A stretch of DNA of 36,959 nucleotides from Kofleriaceae bacterium (lineage in GTDB: Bacteria; Myxococcota_A; Polyangia; Haliangiales; Haliangiaceae), in assembly GCA_046597055.1 (NCBI GenBank), contig JBKJLC010000227.1:1-36959 (forward strand). The letters are read 5' to 3'. Under the pieces are notes generated by a model, which saw only the letters and a program-made list of their open reading frames with translations, made no database searches and was not told the origin of the DNA. The position numbers were made by a program, and so were the translations under genes. This document shows, one piece after another, positions 33,963 to 36,959 of this stretch. Each line of letters starts with the position of its first letter. Within the stretch, counting starts at the first letter, position 1.

Positions 33963-35648
33963 ATGCGGATGTTCTTCAACACTGTGACGGTCGGAGACCG
34001 GTCGGGACTCGTGCATGCGGTGCGCGCGCGCGCGGCGGGCGTGTGCATCATCCTCCTGGTGGGGTGTGGCTCGGTGGAGCCGTCCTCGCCGCCCGATGGC
34101 GCCGTGATGATCGACGCGGCCAGCGCGGACGCCAGCGCGGACGTCAGCGTGGACGCCGGCGTGACCGTCACCGTCGGCGGCAACGCGGGCTACCTGCCGG
34201 CCGGGCGGTTCCTCACCCTCGTGCTCAAGGATGGCCAGGGCGCCGCGGTGGGGAATCCCCTGGTGGTCACGGCGGACGGCCCCTTCACGTTCGACACCGG
34301 GCTACCCGCATCCGGGGCCAGCTACCGCGTGGAGGTCTCGGCGGCACCGGCCGGGAGCACCTGCTGGTTGGCCGATCGCGGTTCCGGCGTGACCAGCGGC
34401 GCCGCCGTCACCAGCCTGGTCGCGCGCTGCGTGAAGGCCGTGAGCGCGCAGAGCACCACCGCGACCGTCATTACATCGGCGGTGTATCCCGCCAGCCAGA
34501 CCGCCCCGGTGATCCCGGTGGCGTCACTGACCCTCCCGGCCGCCGCCGACGTGTTCGTCACCCTGTCGGTGCCGTACACCAGCGGCGCCGGGACGAACTG
34601 GGACAATTCGATCCTGTGGGGCGGGGTCCGCGATGGCCTCGCCGAACCCGCGCTGATCGCGGCCCGGCGCATGACCGACTTCAACATGGGCGGCCCCCTC
34701 CAGCTCGCCGGCGTCATCCGCCTCGGGGCCGGTACCCACGACCTCGAGGGCGTGTTCCGCGTCGAGGGCGCGTCCGGGGTGAACCTGGCGGCGTCGGCGC
34801 GCCTGACGGTGGTCGTGCTCGACTCGCTGAGCACCTACGCCCGGCACGTCGGCCAGTCGGTCCCGAGCCTGTTCTCGACGATCTCGGCGCTGCAGCAGAT
34901 CGCGATCCTCGACGTCACGCTGGCCGCGGACGCGCCGGCGCTGGTCTACGGGCACGTGCCGAACAGCGCCGGGATCGCCACCGTCCCCGACACCTGGACC
35001 AGCGGCGACGTCGCGCTGATGGACGGTGCGGCCACCGTGGCAATCGCGGGACACGACACTGGCAGCAACGATGTCCGGGTGGCGACCACGCTGGTCGGCG
35101 GCCGGCGGTTCACGGCCGGCGTCCATCGGCTGCGCCTCGATGCCACCTGCAGCAACAACGGGAGCACCGCGTGCTCGCAGCTCGTGTTTGGCGCGCAGCA
35201 CCTCAAGCTCGGCCTGATCGAGCTCACACCCTCGGCGCGGCTCAACATCGCCGCGACCAGCGGCACCGGCATGTTCGACACCGGGTCGCGGACCTTCGTG
35301 CCGATGGACAACGACGGCGGCGCCAACGATCTGTCCACGACGATCACGCTGACCGAGGCGCGCCAGGCGCTGGTGACGCTGTCGACCCAGCGCATCCGAT
35401 CGACGCAGAACGGCAACGGCCTGCGGGTCGGCGTGTTCCTCGATGGCGCGCTGCTCGAGCCCGCCGTGATCTTCGACAGCCCCAACAGCGACCGCGGTGT
35501 CTCGATGCCCAGCTATGCACTCGTCACGCTGGCCCCCGGCACCCACACCTTCGACGTCCGCTGGAACCACAGCAACCAGAACAGCCTGGCGGTCGCCGCC
35601 AGCGTCCCCCGGGCCGGCAACGTCCTGACCGTGCTGGTCCTCGAATAG
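33963..35648 (+). CDS. Secreted lipoprotein with three repeated beta-sandwich modules
   Basis: Lipobox LVGC; DA-rich linker; GxFTF..L..G.SY.V domain; three modules ending LGAGTHDL, FTAGVHRL, LAPGTHTF. Alternative start GTG 34011. Confidence 0.75.
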   Translation: MRMFFNTVTVGDRSGLVHAVRARAAGVCIILLVGCGSVEPSSPPDGAVMIDAASADASADVSVDAGVTVTVGGNAGYLPAGRFLTLVLKDGQGAAVGNPLVVTADGPFTFDTGLPASGASYRVEVSAAPAGSTCWLADRGSGVTSGAAVTSLVARCVKAVSAQSTTATVITSAVYPASQTAPVIPVASLTLPAAADVFVTLSVPYTSGAGTNWDNSILWGGVRDGLAEPALIAARRMTDFNMGGPLQLAGVIRLGAGTHDLEGVFRVEGASGVNLAASARLTVVVLDSLSTYARHVGQSVPSLFSTISALQQIAILDVTLAADAPALVYGHVPNSAGIATVPDTWTSGDVALMDGAATVAIAGHDTGSNDVRVATTLVGGRRFTAGVHRLRLDATCSNNGSTACSQLVFGAQHLKLGLIELTPSARLNIAATSGTGMFDTGSRTFVPMDNDGGANDLSTTITLTEARQALVTLSTQRIRSTQNGNGLRVGVFLDGALLEPAVIFDSPNSDRGVSMPSYALVTLAPGTHTFDVRWNHSNQNSLAVAASVPRAGNVLTVLVLE

Positions 35649-35740
35649 CGCGCTCGGTCGGACGGCTACTCCTCGTAGCAGCTACGCGCGCAGCTGTTGT
35701 GGCTGCACTGGCGCTGCGGCTCGCGGGCCTGGCGCGCGGC

Positions 35741-36949
35741 TCAGTCGGCGAGCACGAGGACGGCCTGGATGCAGCCGACCAGACCGCCGAGCACGCCGCC
35801 GACGAGGATCAGCGTCAGCTCGTTCTTCTGGAACACGCCGCGCAGCATGCGCTCGAACTCTGGCTTGGGCAGGCTCCCCAGGCGCTGCTCGACCGTGCGT
35901 CGGATGTCGAGCCGCTCGTGCAGGTGCTGTTCGATGGCGGGACGCAGGCGCGGGGCCAGCTCGATCAGGCGGGCGAGCACCATCTCCTTGAGCTGCGCGA
36001 TCGCCGCCGGCTCGACCGGGAACGGCACCATCGGCTGGAGCTGGCGCCACTCGGCGTCGACCCGGGTCGAGATCGCCGCGCGGATCCGATCCAGCAACGC
36101 CGCGCCCCGCTCGCCCTCGATCAGGAAGTCGATGATGTGGTGAGGCGTCAGCACCTCCTCGCTGGTGCTGCGCGCGTAGTCGCGGGCGATCTCGGGCTGC
36201 CGGCGCGGAAACAGCCCCTGGTACGGCAACACGCCCAGGTAGCGGGTCCGCTCGTGAGGCCGGAAGATCATCTGCAGCGCGAGCCAGTTGGTGGCCAGCC
36301 CGACGGCGATGCCGAACAGCGGCATGAGCCACCAGATCTGCATCGCCGACCAGACCGTCAGCTGACCGAAGCCGATGATCGCGCCGAACACCGCGCCCGA
36401 CCACTCGATGAACTTGAACTCGCGCTTGCCGATCTCGAACGTGAGGCGCGACAGCCGGTCGACGTTGGCCCCGCTCAGCTGACGCCGGACCAGCTCCTGG
36501 ACGTCGAGCAGGCTCGTGAGCTCCTCGCGCAGCTCACCGACCACCTCGCGCGCGAGCGCGGTCACCTTGGTGCCGAGTTGGGCCGCGACCATCGCCTGCA
36601 TCGGGGGCGGCACCATCGCCCAGGCGCCCGGACGCAGCACCTCGGCCCCCTCGGCGGCGAAGCGGGTGAGGTCGGCGTCCACGATCGGCCGCGCGATGCG
36701 CTCGATCTCGTCGAGGTCGATGCGCTGGACGATGTCCGAACCGGACATCAGATCGTCCTTCGCGATCTGGCCGAGGTTCGTCGCGAACGTGTCGGCGTGG
36801 CGGTAGAGGATGCCCTGCCACCCGATCGAGCCGATCCCGATGAAGCGCGCCGGCCAGAAGATCATCTTCACGGCCTGCCAGTTGGTGAGCCAGCCGATGA
36901 AGGCGGACACCGCAGGCACGGTGAGCAGGAGGTACAACCAGTCAGGCAT
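35741..36949 (-). CDS. DUF445-family membrane-anchored protein
   Basis: FIGWLTNWQAVKMIFWP..WQG; duplicated GLATNWLALQMIFRP..YQGLFP; EFKFIEWSGAVFGAIIG and ELTLILVGGVLGGLVG. Confidence 0.85.
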   Translation of the reverse strand: MPDWLYLLLTVPAVSAFIGWLTNWQAVKMIFWPARFIGIGSIGWQGILYRHADTFATNLGQIAKDDLMSGSDIVQRIDLDEIERIARPIVDADLTRFAAEGAEVLRPGAWAMVPPPMQAMVAAQLGTKVTALAREVVGELREELTSLLDVQELVRRQLSGANVDRLSRLTFEIGKREFKFIEWSGAVFGAIIGFGQLTVWSAMQIWWLMPLFGIAVGLATNWLALQMIFRPHERTRYLGVLPYQGLFPRRQPEIARDYARSTSEEVLTPHHIIDFLIEGERGAALLDRIRAAISTRVDAEWRQLQPMVPFPVEPAAIAQLKEMVLARLIELAPRLRPAIEQHLHERLDIRRTVEQRLGSLPKPEFERMLRGVFQKNELTLILVGGVLGGLVGCIQAVLVLAD

Positions 36950-36959
36950 GCCGTGAAGC

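Overview
Very GC-rich bacterial chromosomal window whose gene content (TIGR02266-like/J-domain protein, lid-less DnaK paralogue, CarH-regulated carotenoid operon, many lipoproteins) suggests Myxococcota (inference). It holds about 31 credible CDSs: a NiCoT/UreH-type transporter, a TviB/TviC-like nucleotide-sugar pair, a PQQ-type sugar dehydrogenase, a lower-GC TolB-like lipoprotein, a signal-less HiPIP-like protein, an ABC-2 exporter, a crtY-crtE-crtI-crtB-orfX-GT2-carH operon with a visible CarH-type operator, an orphan Afp15/Pvc15-like AAA ATPase, an SDR, a RimJ-like GNAT, a J-protein/DnaK/GbsR operon, two-component genes, hemE-hemY and a DUF445 protein. The standout is at 21211-22380. An uncharacterised 244-aa protein is followed by a ~400-nt non-coding stretch with extensive predicted pairing. 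It contains a complete circularly permuted tRNA fold (T arm, acceptor 3' strand with UCCA, short linker, acceptor 5' strand, D arm; glycine-like acceptor identity), periodic AnnCTS hexamers and two flanking hairpins that both end in CACCATTTT. It resembles a YrlA-type tRNA mimic, but no Ro60/TROVE gene is present in the window, so it is a candidate undescribed ribonucleoprotein system. All calls come from reading motifs by eye; no searches were run.
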